Source: Callorhinchus milii
Lineage: Eukaryota
DNA length: 64,000 bases
Direction: 5' to 3'
Assembly (NCBI RefSeq): GCF_018977255.1
Contig: NW_024704742.1
Location: forward strand, 11,286,001-11,350,000
Position numbers and translations under genes: made by a program. Within the stretch, counting starts at the first letter, position 1. Each line of letters opens with the position of its first letter. Below, in pieces: positions 25,226 through 38,956 of the stretch. The notes under the pieces were generated by a model. That model worked only from the letters and a program-made list of their open reading frames with translations, did no database searches and was not told where the DNA came from.

Positions 25226-28200
25226 TGCAAAGATACAGTAGTGGGGGAATGTTGTATCATTGTGCATGAAAGATAGAATTGCAAAGCTTGTAAGCTTTTC
25301 CTATTAATTTTCCCCTCTTGAAAATAATAAGATATTTGAAACTTTTTTGTTTTAATGGGTTAGAAGTGTACAATAATATCTTGTTATGTTTGGTGAGCTT
25401 CCACAGTGAGTGTTGGAAAATGCTTAACAACAATAAGAGGTTAGGGTTAGAGGGGAGAGGAACTGCAACATCAACACATACCTTTTAGCAGGGATCTCCG
25501 TCTGGCCAGCTGTCAGGGTAAGAAAACCTGCCTATTTGTTTTGCTTTTTGTAACCTTTTCTCTTCTCTCCCCCCTGCCCTTCCAACGGATAGCGACACTG
25601 AAACCTCCTATTGTGCTCTAATTCCTGCTCTGATTGAGATCAGCTATCTCAGCACAGGGCGGGATTCAAATTTGCAACTTTCAGCTTTATAACGGTCTAA
25701 TGCTGCCTTTCATCAAGGGAAGCAATAAAGCAACTCTTAAGTGTGTTTCTGCTGTACTGCACGGATTGAATTGAATGTTCAAGAGCACCAAGGGGATAGG
25801 CCTCTTTTAGCTGCCTTTTGTCATCAGCTTACTTGTACGTTTCCCATCTCCTGCTGGCCCACTGCAAAAGTGTGCAGGCAAGTTGGCCTGTGTTGAAAGC
25901 TGTTGCTAATGGAATATGCTGCTCAGTTTGTTTGTAAAATGAGCTGCTGCTAGAACTGCTGGAGCAAACCTTATCTTTACTTTTCAGCGGTGGATCTCTT
26001 TAATTGAAAAGTACAAGAGTGCATGCAGCATTCAGTGTTGTGCAGGACAACCCACCATCATTCTAATAACTGCTGAGCTGGGCCCCACTAATCATCTTTA
26101 TTTATGTCTGACTGTGCTAAGCAGCCAGTGTCAAAGTGCACGTGGTCTCTGAAGTTTCCGCAATCTGCATGGATAATAAGCATCAACCACAGTGTATCTG
26201 TGAAGTCCACACAGCTGGAGCAGGGAACTGAAGCCTGCTTTCAAAGCTGCACTGCGTGTCTCCATTAGGACTGGCGTGACAATCTAATAAGTCAATGTCT
26301 GCAGTCAAATGCTGAAATGGTTTTCAATTAACTTTTTACGAGCTGTATTCCTGGTCACTTATTTACCATGCTCACTGACATAACCTCTGATTCCACAGCT
26401 CCAATGGAAAAAGTTGTGGAGGGTCACATGAAAAGTGCAAGTAGACTCCCAACAACATTCAGAATAAGTCCTGAAAAAGGACAATAGGCCCAACTGTCCT
26501 TGTTAATCTTTGACACTCTTTTCATTGAACAAATCCCTTCTTCCTGAAACCCATCTAGTTGACTCTTGAGACTATTCACACTTTTCCTGGCTTAATTATT
26601 CGAGTCTCTCCACTCTGCATACCTTTTTTCGAAAAGTTTCACCTGCCTTCCTCCTTAAGATCTTAACATCCCAAATTCATAACTCGTTTCCCTGATATTT
26701 GAGAGCTTCACTAGCATAAATTATTTGCTTAAATCTGTTTTTCCAATTCTGTTTCAATGTGGGCAGAATGGTTTTTAAATGGAATGAATATTTCAGTGTT
26801 GTTTTCATGAGGATTGGTCCTCCATGTAAAATGTAATTGGCNTTTTTCTCCTTGGTTTTTGTCCAGTTACTGATACACTGAGGCCAAATGTCCCTGCATC
26901 CATTGCTTTCTGATTTGAAATCCACTTTCACAACAGCCCAGATCAGGAATGAACCTCATAAGTGGGCAAGATCCCAGTGAACAGTCACTACACTTAACAG
27001 TAAAATCTTTAAAATGCTTTGAGATGTGATCAGGTACTATATCAAATGATTATTATAACTAGTAGTTACTCACTCAATTAGCAACCCATACATTTATTTT
27101 TAAAAAATCGACTTGCCTCCTGTAATGGTAACTATACAATTGTAATGATGTAAATCCACTGTACTTGTAGAGGTGACAATTTAAGATGTGCGCTTCAGCT
27201 TCAGTGGCCCTGTCAAATGTGCATTTTATGTGTTTTTTTATATACAAACATTTCCTTCAATTTAAATATTCACTATTCTTGTGAGGGGCAGTATACCGTT
27301 GAAAGTAAGGTAGCGTCCTTGAGGATACATGAGAAGAGATTTTCCAGTTGAATTAGCCTAATCTCTCTCCCGCTGAGATGAAAAGAATTAAGAGAAGATA
27401 TTTGATACATTCTCGGTACTTGCAGTGGGATGGGAAGGGTAGCAATACATCTAAGGATTTCTGTTTTATGGCACAACTACAACCTATTTTATTTACGCTA
27501 TCCTATTTTGTACAAATTAACATTTATATAGATGACATTCCAAGGTGCTGGAGTACATACGTATAAAGACCAGGTATAGGCAGGCTTTTTTGACAGCATC
27601 TGATCCACTTCACAGGAAATTCCAATTTGGAGTACACGATTTCATAATGGGATTCCTTATTAAGGATTCCATTTCACAAATGAAAACTTCTTCCGGAAAT
27701 CATAAATATGTTACGTTGACCTGCGGGATCTGCACTCCCGAACAAGTTCACGCATGAATTGATGGGTAAGGAATCCTGTTAAGAAACACAGGAAATACCA
27801 CAAAATAAATTCTGTTTTGCAGTCTATGTTTTGTTAAGCCCTTCGGTAGAAGCAAGGATTACTTCTACCTTCAAAACGTTGGGTATCTTGGTAGAAGAGC
27901 TCAAATGACTCATGGCATCAGAGGAGTTCCAAATGTTCTGTATTTAGCTTGAGCTCACGGGTGATGTATTGATCGAGAAGCAGTCAGCCTTTAACAAGTA
28001 CAAAACTCCTTTCAAATTCATATATTGTAAATGACGTGCTCAGTGATATCACAGAATGCACATTACTGACCCTACATTTTGCTGTTGGTAAATGTGCAAT
28101 TTCTATTTTCGAGAGATGAATTATAACTGTCCTAATCTCTCTCCCAGACATAAGGTTCCCTGTTCTCCTGAAATGTTCTGTACCGGCAAGTCATGTGAAA

Positions 28201-29586
28201 ATTGCATCACCCGTTTGTAAAAGTCAGAAGGAAGTCCAGCCTAGCTGTAACCTTAAACCATATAAAATTACAGTACAGAGGATGGCCATTGGGCCCATTG
28301 TGTCTGTGCTGGCTCTTCGAAAGAGCAGTCCTTCCAGTCCCATTTACCTGCCTTTGCCCTGTACCTCTGTAGTGGAGGAATCGAGGACATGTATATGATT
28401 ATAAATCCAATTTTGACCTGTGCTCAGTGAGGGATAGTCTGATCACAGTGCAAAGTAACACTCTCAAAATGATCTCGCTGACTACATTTCCAAAATACAA
28501 GAAAACCAAATCTAATGCATTGAAGTATTTGAATGTCTTTTTCAATTGAAAAATGTCCTATGAATGGCTTTGGTTATTGCCATAGCAGTAGGAAATGCGT
28601 GCCTTGGAATCTATGGGGCAGGAGTTGCAGCCAGACAATGGGAAGGTGATTCCTGGTGTTTTATAAAATGTGCTCTTCTACTTGTGAAAAGGATGCTGGA
28701 AATTTGACCGGATTACACAGAGCAACTCAACGATGACAACCTGTTAACACTAATTTAGCACTTGGTGCGGCAGCACATCAAGGACTTTTCTCCAAAAAAA
28801 GGAAAAGAAGCTAGCCCTAAACTCTCCCAGGGATGAGAAACTCGATAACATTGTCTGAATTGTCATTTGCAGGGATTAGGCCCTTCAGAGCAGAAAAGCT
28901 GTCATGTATCCTTCTGTTCTTATTAATATGCTAATATAGAACTCGCTGCTTCCTCTCCTGCAACTCCTGTCAGGATGAAACTAATTTTGTGGTTCAATAG
29001 AGAGCTAAGTACAACCTATGCAAGTGAGTATTGGAGTTCTGAGGAGTTCATTTAAAGGGGCAGCATTGTCACGAAGGTGTTTAGCAATACCTAGTGGAGG
29101 AAAGAGAGAACAGGAATGTCATTTCAAGATGTCGCATGAACATGAGACAAAGACATCTGTTTACACTGTGCTTTTGGCAAACTTAAATTTCTTTCCATTT
29201 TTACATCTCTTTCACGCCTGAATTCTGTGATGGTGCTTATATAAAGCAGATTATGTGAAAAGAAAAAAAATGGCTTTCAATTTTATAGCGCTTTAAGACA
29301 AAAGTTATGAAAGGCTTCAAGCAATTGCTGGCAAGTATGTAGTGACTGTTTTTGTAGGCAGTGTGGTAGCCAAAACATAATGGGATTTTGCTGGTGACCT
29401 GTAGAGTCTCATTAAGCTTTGCCTAATTAGATTGTGGATATGGTCACACCACCAAGACTACATTAAGTTGTTATGGGCATAGCTGGCTTTACCATGAGCC
29501 AATTTAGCCTCATGGAGAAGTGACTTCAGGTGAAAGTCATCAGGCTTTATCAGGGTAAATTTCATCAGGCTTTATCAGGGTAACTT

Positions 29587-30545
29587 TGCACATGCATGCG
29601 GATGACACCCAACTCTACCTCCATCCTCAACTCCAGGACTACTGGCGTCCTGACCGACTGCCTATCCGACATCAAGTCCTGGACGAGGGACAACTTTCTT
29701 CAACTCAACGTCAGCAAGACCGATTGGCTAAAGGTCTTGCTGACATTCAGTTTGAGAAAGACCCAAGGCCCTCCTGATTTGCTCAGGCCAGTGCCTCCGC
29801 ACCTCACGCGCTGGCAGCATCAGCCTCCATGGCTGCACACTCAACCTAACTAAGCCAGTCAGGAACCTGGGTCTCTTGTTTGACCCTGAACTGTCCTTTC
29901 TCCCCCACATCTGCTCCATGATCGGCACTGCCTACCACCACCTCCGTAACATTGCCAGACTCCGCCACTGCCTCACCCCTCAGGCTGCCGAAACCCTCAC
30001 TAACTCATTTGTCACATCAAGGGTCGATTATGGAGACTCCCTCCTCATCAGCCTTCCCAACTCTTCCTTTCACAAGCTTCAGATCATCCAAGACTCTCAT
30101 GCACCAGGCTCTATGACGCCATCACTCCCACCCTCGCCCGACGCCACTGGCGGAGGATCCTCAAGAGGAGCGAATTCAAGATCCTCACTTTCTACGCCAT
30201 CCATAGTCTTGACCCCTCCTACCTCTCTGACCTGCTGACTCCCTACCAACCTGCTCTTTCCCTCCGTTCAGCGGGCTTCATGTCTCTCGCCTGACCCACC
30301 CTACTATCGGTGGCTGGGTTTTTAGCGTCTCTGCCCCCACACTCTGAAACTCCAGCCCACAGTCCCTTCGCCTTGCCTCCTTCAAGGCCAAACTCAAGCC
30401 CCTTCTCTTTGACTGTGCCTTTGGTCTCCCACCCACCTCTCTGCCTTTTCTCACCCCTCCCCCATGCTCGGGTCCTGACCTCTGACTGTCCAGCGCTTTG
30501 GGACGTCCTCCCAATGCGAAAGACGCTCTATAAATGTAATTGTAT
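29587..30545 (+). mobile_element. L2 LINE, ~1 kb 5'-truncated, RT core to tail, frameshifted
   Basis: HMHADDTQLYL, LSDIKSWTRDNFLQLNVSKT, FDPELSFLPHI...AYHHLRNIARLRHCLT, SRVDYGDSLL; L2 tail. Confidence 0.95.
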
Positions 30546-30774
30546 TGGTGTTTATGCAGAACACTCCAGTTTTTTGGATTTGCGATAGGATTTTGCGAAG
30601 GCTTTTTTGTCAATGTTGCAAATTGAATTGTTTGTGTTACTTACAAACCAGATGTCATAATTAGCGTTTTAAATTAGGTTCACGACCTATCTCGCATCAG
30701 ATCCCTGTGGTACAAAGACTTTCTATTTTTTCCAGTCTTTCCAGACTTTTTCCAGACTTTTTTTGTCCAGAACA

Positions 30775-31050
30775 CTAGAACATGACCTGCGATTGAAGGG
30801 GGGTAAATTCAAAATAAATCTGCGGAACTTTCATTGAGCGAGTAGTAAATGTATGGAACAGACTCCCTAGGGAGACAGTGGAAGCAGAAAGTGTTTATTT
30901 CAAAAGCAAATTAGATAGATTTAGTTTAGGAAATAATATTGTGGGATACAGTATTTAGTTTGGGATGTGACATGTGTGCATGCGAATGCCAGGATGGTAG
31001 AAGGTAAACTGGATGGATCTTAGGCTTCTTTCATCTAGCAAATTCTTATG
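30775..31050 (+). mobile_element. CR1 3' end fragment
   Basis: GAGTAGTAAATGTATGGAACAGACTCCCTAGGGAGACAGTGGAAGCAG (RVVNVWNRLP) and TTCTTATG terminus. Confidence 0.75.
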
Positions 31051-32486
31051 TTTTTATATTTTGTTCCCTTTTCAATCTTCCCATTGTGGAGACAAATGTT
31101 TTTCCATTGCTATTGCAACAACCTCCACAAATAGTAAACAACCATCCTCTTCCCTCTTCTGAGATCCATCTGCGCATGGTTAAGCTTTCTACCTGATCAG
31201 GAAATCGCCTTAAATCAGTGAAGCATCACAGATTTTTAACACAGAAGCTCCTAAGATTTGAAAGTCGGGGAAAATACAAGGAAAATCTACACATGGGATT
31301 TGTGTACTCTGTGGAAATTTACCTAGGCATGGGAAATGTTCTCACTTTTCTCTCCTCCCCCAAGTATTTCACAGTCATGGTGTCTCTTATATGTGCAACA
31401 GTGAGGAGCCTTCATCTCGTAGAAATAGCAATGCTTGCAGTTGTCCAATTTGCCAGTAATTCTTGCACAATTTGCAGCCTGCTGATACAGAAACTTTAGA
31501 CGTGACACTCCAATGAACTTAAAGTAGTTTAGCGTTTTGTGTTTCAGGGAATCTTCTCTCCAAGGAGCATCACAGTGGAGTGAACCATTGCATTCAGGGT
31601 CAAATGGTTTTGAGTTGTTCAAATAAAAAATCAATGACAAATGGGAGAGGGGACATGATTTCAAACGCTAACAAAAGGTCACTATACCAAATGCTCCCCT
31701 TTTATTCTCTAAAATAAAATGACACACGCTCATACCCACAATCGCACAATAATTGATAATTTTTAAATAAATTCTGGAAATACCATGGGCAGGTTATATG
31801 GAGCACCAAGCTTATTAGGCAGTCAGGCATTTTATTTCAATTATTGTATGGAAATTTAAGAAAAATTTATGTTTAAAAAATACTCAACTAAATAAAGGGA
31901 CTGCATTGACCATGGTGATGTCAACTTTACAATATATTCTGTGAAGCACTTTGAGATATCTCAACGATGTGATAAGGGGATATATCAAATGCAAGGATTA
32001 TTATTGTTATTATTATCATCATCTGCCAGTGCTCTCTGAGCTAGCCAGAGCAGGAATTGGTATCTCCAGGAGAAGAAGTGAGAAAGTTAGTTGCTCGTGT
32101 GAAATGTAAGAGGAAAAATCTTGTTTTTCAGCAGACAGTCAGCAAAGGCAAATTGCACACAAAAACTGGGTAAATGTACTCACCTGGTCTGGGGATGAGC
32201 TGCTGGAGACTGGGAATTTACTAACAGGAGTAGGCCATTCAACATGTTGAGCTTGTTCTGCCATTTTATTAGTCTGTGGCAGCTCTTTATCTGTCTAATC
32301 CCATTTCCCTGCCTTTTCTCCAAATCCCTTAATACCCTTACTTTCCAAGAATCCCTTTTAAATACCTGTTTGCTCTGCAACTACGACATCCTGAGGCATT
32401 GAATTCCACATGATCATATCGTTTTGTGAAGAAATGTTTTCTAGTTTCGTGTTTAGTCCTGGATGAGAGAGAATTTTCTTCAGTTG

Positions 32487-33297
32487 AACATCAACAAGAT
32501 TGAGGCTCTCCTGATTGGCTCCTCACCTCAGGCGCTGACAGCATCACCATCCATTTTTGCAAAGCCAATCCAGAATCTTGGGGTCTTGTTGACCCTGAAC
32601 TATCTTTTCTACCCCACATCTGCGCCATGACCCGCTCTGCCTTCCCCACCTCCGCAACGTTGCCTGGCTCCGCAGCTGTCTCCCACCGAAGGCCGTCAAA
32701 AACTCTCATACATGCTTACATTCATTGAGGTTCGACTATGCAAACTCACTGCTTGTCGGCCTCCCCAACTCCTCCCTCCAAGGGCTGCAGATCATTCAGA
32801 ACTCTGCAGCCCGTGTCCTCTCCTGCACTAGACTCCGCACCCCTATCACCCCCATCCTTGCCCAACTCCACTGGCTTCCCATCACACAGAGGATACAGTT
32901 CAAGATCTTGGTCCTCACATTCAAAGCTCTCCACGGTCTTGCTCCCTCCTACCTCTGCGACCTCCTAACTCCCTACCATCCTGTTCGCTCCCTCTGCTCA
33001 GCGGGCTCCGGCCTGCTTCACATCCCCCGTCTTGCTGGCCCCTCTATTGGTGGGCGGGCCTTCCGCCACTCTGCACCCACTCTCTGGAACTCTATGCCGC
33101 AGTCCTTCCATCTCACCCCCTCCCTCGCCACCTTCAAGACCCACCTCAAGACCCTCCTCTTTGACCGTGCTTGCGATCTCCCTGCTTCCCCCCCTCCCCC
33201 ACCCTGACCCTCAGCTTGGGTCCGTAACTCCGTCTGTCCAGTGCCTTGGGACGTCCTCCAGACGTGAAAGACGCTATACAAATGTAATTTTATTGTT
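32487..33297 (+). mobile_element. L2 LINE, 5'-truncated, 160-codon open C-terminal stretch
   Basis: RFDYANSLLVGLP...LQIIQNSAARVL...ITPILAQLHWLPITQRIQFKIL...APTLWNS...FKTHLKTLLF. Confidence 0.96.
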
Positions 33298-34249
33298 GGT
33301 AACCATCTTAAATTGTAATTTTAAGATTATGGAGTCTAATTTGCGTTGTTCCACAAACTGGATTTGTGGCATTTTATTGCAACTTCTGAAGTTGCAATAA
33401 ACCTCAAGCTCTATCAAATGCAAGGATTATTATTAACAAAATGTCAAAGTCTGAATAAAGGCTGCCAAGCAATCACCAGTCACAAGTTTTGGAGGTAGCA
33501 AACTGGAAATTGTAATTAATGTAATAAATCTGATTTGGGGTTTCTTTTGGCTGCCCTCTGAATCGAGAAATGGTAGAAAGATAGAGTAGTCGTTTCACAC
33601 AATAATAACTTGCACGTTAAAATATAGTCTTCAAGCACTCGACAAAATTGACATTTGAAATTTGGGGAATGTTTTGCAGGCAAAGATAGCAGCTAATAAA
33701 CAACAATGAGATGAGCTAATTTCATTTGGATTTTGTTTAAATCTAGATTAGGAGGGGCAGTGATTATAACACTCCATCCCACATATATGAAGAGAACATG
33801 TAACAATTCATGTCCCATTTGGGACACAGAAAATTCTGAGATGTGAAAAGGAAAATTTCCTCTAGCATACAACGCTCCATCCCACATGGCTTGTGTGAGG
33901 TGAGCTCCCGGTCAGTACAAGATTTAAAAATATATGTATTTTTATCCTTTTAATAATAATAAACCTGTAAATACTGTAAAGTGAATTTTGTGGGTGAAAC
34001 GCGACAGACAAATTGCACACAGCAGTATCCCACAAAGTCGTGGATTGAAGTGACCAATTTTTTTTTTTTTTTTGCCCTCCTCCCTCTCCTGAAGACATAT
34101 TCTCGCTTTGGTAACTCATTGAAGTGGTCATTGCTCAACATTTAATTTACAGAGTTGGATTACCAATGATAAAAACAACTTTCCTCCTCTTTCAGCTTTT
34201 TCTCAAACCCCTTCCTCTTCATTTAGTTATAGTGCCTGTACCTTGCAAT

Positions 34250-34420
34250 GGAATAGGCTATAGCCTTCCGACTATCTGTATCCAGGCTCAAGTAAGAAGA
34301 TTAGCCATTTGGGTGAGATGCTTGAGGTATATGGTGCATCTGAAAGTACAAACCAACATGAGTCTGCTGCTTCATCGGGTGGTTGGGGGTGGGGGGCGGA
34401 GGGGAAGAAAAAGAGAAAAT
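34250..34420 (+). mobile_element. Ancient SINE (second family), 3' half
   Basis: TATAGCCTTCCGACT...CAGGCTCAAGTAAGAAGATTAGCCATTTGGGTGAGATGC...CAACATGAGTC parallels 50820-50960 and 59450-59570. Confidence 0.55.
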
Positions 34421-35799
34421 CTTTTTTTTTAAGGTTGTTTTCTGCTTTTTTCTCTCTTTCTCACCACATTCAGTCCTTTTCACGCCATGATCTTAATTTC
34501 TTCTTGTGTGTTTCCTCATCCTCACGGTTCCTCCAATTTGCACTCAGCGATATCCTACAAACAGCCAATGATAATAATAATAGTAATCCTTGCATTTGAT
34601 ATAGGGCCTCATCACGTCTTCGAGACGTCTCTAAGTGCTTCACAGAATATACTGTAACGTGAATTGACTGTGGGCGAAACGAGGCAGCCGGTGATGGTGA
34701 TGGTGAGTGGCCAGGTATATCTGGGGAATTGTCAGCAAGGACCCCGGGAGAAACTCTCTTCCCTTTGACAGTAAATTCTGTGAAGCACTTTGAAACATCC
34801 TTCTGACATGAGAAGCGCTATATCAAATGCAAGAATTAAATTAAGTGTCCAATTGGATAATAAAATCTGCCATAATCCTGTAATTGACAGAATGGGCAGA
34901 AGATCCTCCTCCTGTTTTTGTGTTCCTAAACAACCATACCGTAAACAAGATAACAGAAGGTGCGGTTTGGGCTAGATTCTTGGTGAGCCACAGCTGTTAA
35001 ACTGATTGGGTGGGATGCTTAAATTGCTCCCCCTTTAAGATCACTAGTATTACTGCTGACAGTTATTTTGATTAACTGTCATGCATCCCCCCCATTTGTC
35101 AGACTGGCAACATCTGGTATAATGTTGAAGAAGGATCATTGATTGTTTTTAAGATTGCTTATATTAAAAAGTACATTGTGACACTTCAAACCGCAAGTGA
35201 ACATCTGTTTCCAAAAATCCTAGTTTTCTGGAATACAATATCTTTTTTTCCCTTCTCTGCCCTATGTAGATTTCTCTAAAAAACATTTTTTTGGTGGTGG
35301 CAGATTTCAATAAAATATTATGATCTACAGCTGGCTTGAATGAAGACTAACCGAGCAGAAAATTACAGAGCCATATCTGGCAAAAAATCTGAAGCAGTGC
35401 GCACTAATTCTCCAGAGTATTTTGCTGATGCAATATTGGTGATTAAATTGTGCTTGAATAAATATGTGATGAGCTGGAAAAGGCATTGTCTGAAACAGAT
35501 TTAGCTGAGGATAAAAGGCTTGAGTCAGATACATGGGTGATGAGGATTGTTCTCAATGAAGCACTTCTAAACAAAGGCAGCAACGAAGAGACAGTACTAA
35601 AGGGAACTGTACCCCTTCATGTGTATGTCCTGTCTCTGTACGGTATTGTTCAGTCTTCTCAACAGTACCACAAAGCTTTAGATGCAACACATTTCACTGA
35701 TTTGAAACAAACCAAAAAAATTCCCAATGTTTGCTTAAATTGTGGATTTTTCTTTACAAATAAATGTTCATTTTTACCAATTTTCTTCCACCTCAGTTT

Positions 35800-35985
35800 C
35801 CTTCTTCACTGGTAGCGGTTATACGATCTGGTTCCTCATCCAAGTCGCCATTATTCTTGTGCGAGCCTTGGCTGTGATCGTCAGTAAGCAGGCTGTTTTA
35901 CCTTTCTAATTGTGGCTGAGTCCAATTCTGTCCTCGCCAGATATCCAAACGTGTGGGATGTGGAGAGTGATCAGGAGTGATTGTG
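35800..35985 (-). mobile_element. Ancient SINE (second family) fragment
   Basis: CCTCATCCAAGTCGCCATTATTCTTGTGCGAGCCTTGG matches 40885-40930 (GACCATTCTTGATGTGCGAGCCTTGACAGTGAG). Confidence 0.55.
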
Positions 35986-37224
35986 ATTGGTAACAACCTG
36001 ATTTCTCCCTGGGAGGTGATTAGTAACATGTGACTCTCCAGTGTGTACAGCGGTGTGCTGCTCCAGCTGGTGCCTTTACCTGCTAGCCCATGGAGGAAAC
36101 TATCCCAATTGTTTCTGAGGCCATGTTCATCTTTCAATGACACTATCAGTAGGAGGGCTGCAATACAAATGAATGTGTCAATGGGTGCCTCTGAAACCTG
36201 AAATGAGGCTTTGTTCAGAGACGTGGGTAAATCGTCTCTTGGGTGCAGCGTTGGCCACAGCTGGGTTGAGGAACAGAAACCTGCATTGCTGGCTTGTGGA
36301 ACTCTCCTCAAACTGGGATATCAACAGACGTAAGAGACTGAATCCCAGTGCTTAGAGGGATGAGGACTGATGAAATAAGCCTGAATGGGATTAAGCACTC
36401 CCAGATACACCAAGGCAGCATAGGTTCAGGATTGCAAAGGGCAAATTTAGAGACAGAACTCAGAAAGTATTGCTTTGCACAAAGAGTCAACAAAGCTTAA
36501 ATTGTGTTATCACGCAGGCAGTTGAGGCCAGGATAGTAGACTGTTTTAACAAAACAGCTGAATGGAAGTGAGTACGGTTTGTGTTCTGGGAGGATGTGAT
36601 GTGTTATTTTGCTTCCAAGCCATGCTTTGTGCCGGAACTGATAGCATATAATAGTAATTATAATAGTCATGGCTCAGAATTTGCAAACAGCAATGACCCC
36701 AAAACAGCTATGAAATGCTTTGAGACGTCTCAAAGATACAATAAGGCATTATATATCAAATGCGAGGATTATTATTATTATCCCTAGTAGCATGCTAGAA
36801 ATTTGTGCTGAACTCATTCCATTGCCACAATGTCTTCTTGAAGAATGGAACTAGAATAACATATTCTAAATGTGGTGTAACCAAGGTTTTGCAGAAAATT
36901 AGTCTCATTTCATTTTGTATTGTATTCCTCTGGATATAAATCTCAAGACTCTCTTTGTGTTTTCTGTGGCCTTTTCCACCTGTGTTGCTAGTTTTAAAGA
37001 CTTATTAATCTGAATGTCTAGATCTCTTTGCTCCTCTTTCACCCGTCCACAAGTACAATATCATAACGAATGGTTAGAATATTGTAACCAATTAATCCTA
37101 GTCTTTTTGATTCTTTACTGTAATCCATTTCTGTCAGAATGTTTTTGATTATTTGCTCCTACAGTGACCTGGTAGGTAAAATTACTGCCCAATGTAACAC
37201 TGCGCCATATAGTTTGGAATAGAA

Positions 37225-37690
37225 CAGGCTTGAACCCTAGTCTGTTCTGAGTTAGAAAAACTCAGTTATGTCAGCAGTTGGATTCAGAAACTGACCTTAG
37301 TGCTCATAGGCTAAGGGAGAGGAAAATCAGACAATATTCAAGTAGCTGGCTGCTATCCAATAATAATAACAATTAATAATGCTTACATTTGGTATTGTGC
37401 CTTCCAAGTCAGGAAGACGTCTCAAAGCAAAGTACATACTGTAAAGCGGAGCGACTGTGTATTGTGTGAGCGAATGATCCCTGCTGCACGTTGCCTGGAT
37501 GAGGATCTGTTTGGTGATACCCCCATAATCACCACAATCAAATACTTTGCCCGCATTCCTTGTTAAGGTTGACGCATAACCTCCATTAACTTCAGTGAGA
37601 TACCGGAGGCCACCAATTTAACCTATTGCAGTAGAAGGAAAAATAAGTCCAGTCTTCAGGAGAGTAAGTGGGGTGGGGGAATGGAAAAGA
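37225..37690 (+). mobile_element. Ancient SINE (second family), interrupted by a SINE tail at ~37361-37472
   Basis: GTCTGTTCTGAGTTAG...GGCTAAGGGAGAGGAAAATCAG...GCTATCCAA | TGATCCCTGCTG...GAGATACCGGAGG...CTTCAGGAGAG. Confidence 0.6.
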
Positions 37691-37993
37691 TCACAAATGT
37701 TGCTCTCCTCACTCATGTTACTGATCTTGTAAGGGGAAGTTGCTTATTGCTGCAGAGGCTGAGCATGTTGCTTAACCCAGTGTGAATTGAAGATTCCTGG
37801 GTCTGCTGTAGTGAACGAACTGAGCATGTACGCTCACAAGCTTTCTATTCTGCTTTAAATTTTCCTGCCGCTAGTTCTGGAGATGCTAACTTGTACTGGG
37901 CTGCAGCATCTCCTGTGATGCTTCCACTACCTCGGCCAGTATAGGAGAACTGATGATTATAATGTGGTACCATAATACGTGGGCCACAGAGTT

Positions 37994-38956
37994 CATAGAA
38001 TTTCCTGTACAGAAGGAGGCCATTCGGTCCATTGTGTTTGTGCCGGCTCTTTGAAAAGAGCTATCCATTTCAATTCCACTCCCCCACTCTTTGCCCATAG
38101 CCCTGCAAATGTGTCTTCCCCAAATAATTATCTATTTCTCTCTTAAAAGCTATTATTGAATTGGCTTCCACCACCCTTTCAGGCAATGCATTACAGATCT
38201 GAACAACTTACTGTGCAAAAAAAGCTTCTCCTCACCTCCCCTCTGTTTCTTATAACAAGTATTTTAAATCGGTGCCCTCAGGTTACCAACCCACCTGCCA
38301 GTGGAAATAGTTTCTCCTTATTCACTTTATTGAATCCCCTCATCATTTTGAAAACTTCAATTCAGTCTCCTCTTAACCTTCTCTGCTCCAAGGAGAATAA
38401 TCCTAGCTTCTCTAGCCTCTCCTGATAACTGAAGTCCCTTGTTCCCAGTAAATCTCCTTTGCACCCTCTCCATTGCCTTGTCATCCTTCCTGAAATGTGG
38501 TACCCAAAACTGAACACAGTCTCTCGCTGAGGCCTAACCAGTGTTTTATAAAGATTCATCATAACTTCCTGACATTTGTATTCTATGCCCCTATTTATAA
38601 AGCCTAGTATCCCATATGCTTCTTTAACAGCTTTATCTACCTATCCTGCCAACTTCAAAGATTTACTTATATGACCCCCAGGTCTCTCTGTTCCTTCACC
38701 GCCTTTAAGATTGTACCATCAGCTGATATTGCCTCTCCTCATTCTTCCTCCCAAAGTGCATCACTTCGCATTTATCCACATTAAACTTCATCTGCCACAT
38801 GTCTGCCAATTTTACCAGTCTGTCTATGTCCATTTGCAGTCTGCTACTATCCTCCTCATTGTTTACTACTTTTCCTAGCTTAATATCATATGCAACCTTG
38901 GAAATTGTACTCCCTATACCCAAGTCCAGGTTATTTATATAGATCAAAAACAGCAT
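37994..38956 (-). mobile_element. CR1-clade LINE, ~1 kb 3' end, inactivated
   Basis: LFLIYINNLDLGIGSTISKVAYDIKLG (decayed FADDTKLG), WQMKFNVDKCEVMHFG, LYKTLVRP, LGLFSLEQRRLRGD; TTCTATG terminus. Confidence 0.95.

Noticed and set aside
32725..33207. 160-aa ORF
   Set aside because: C-terminus of L2 ORF2 in a 5'-truncated, frameshifted copy; not a host gene.
35898..36311. 137-aa minus-strand ORF (also 23395-23781 and 42348-42755)
   Set aside because: These overlap decayed repeats, have no recognisable domain and are within chance ORF lengths.
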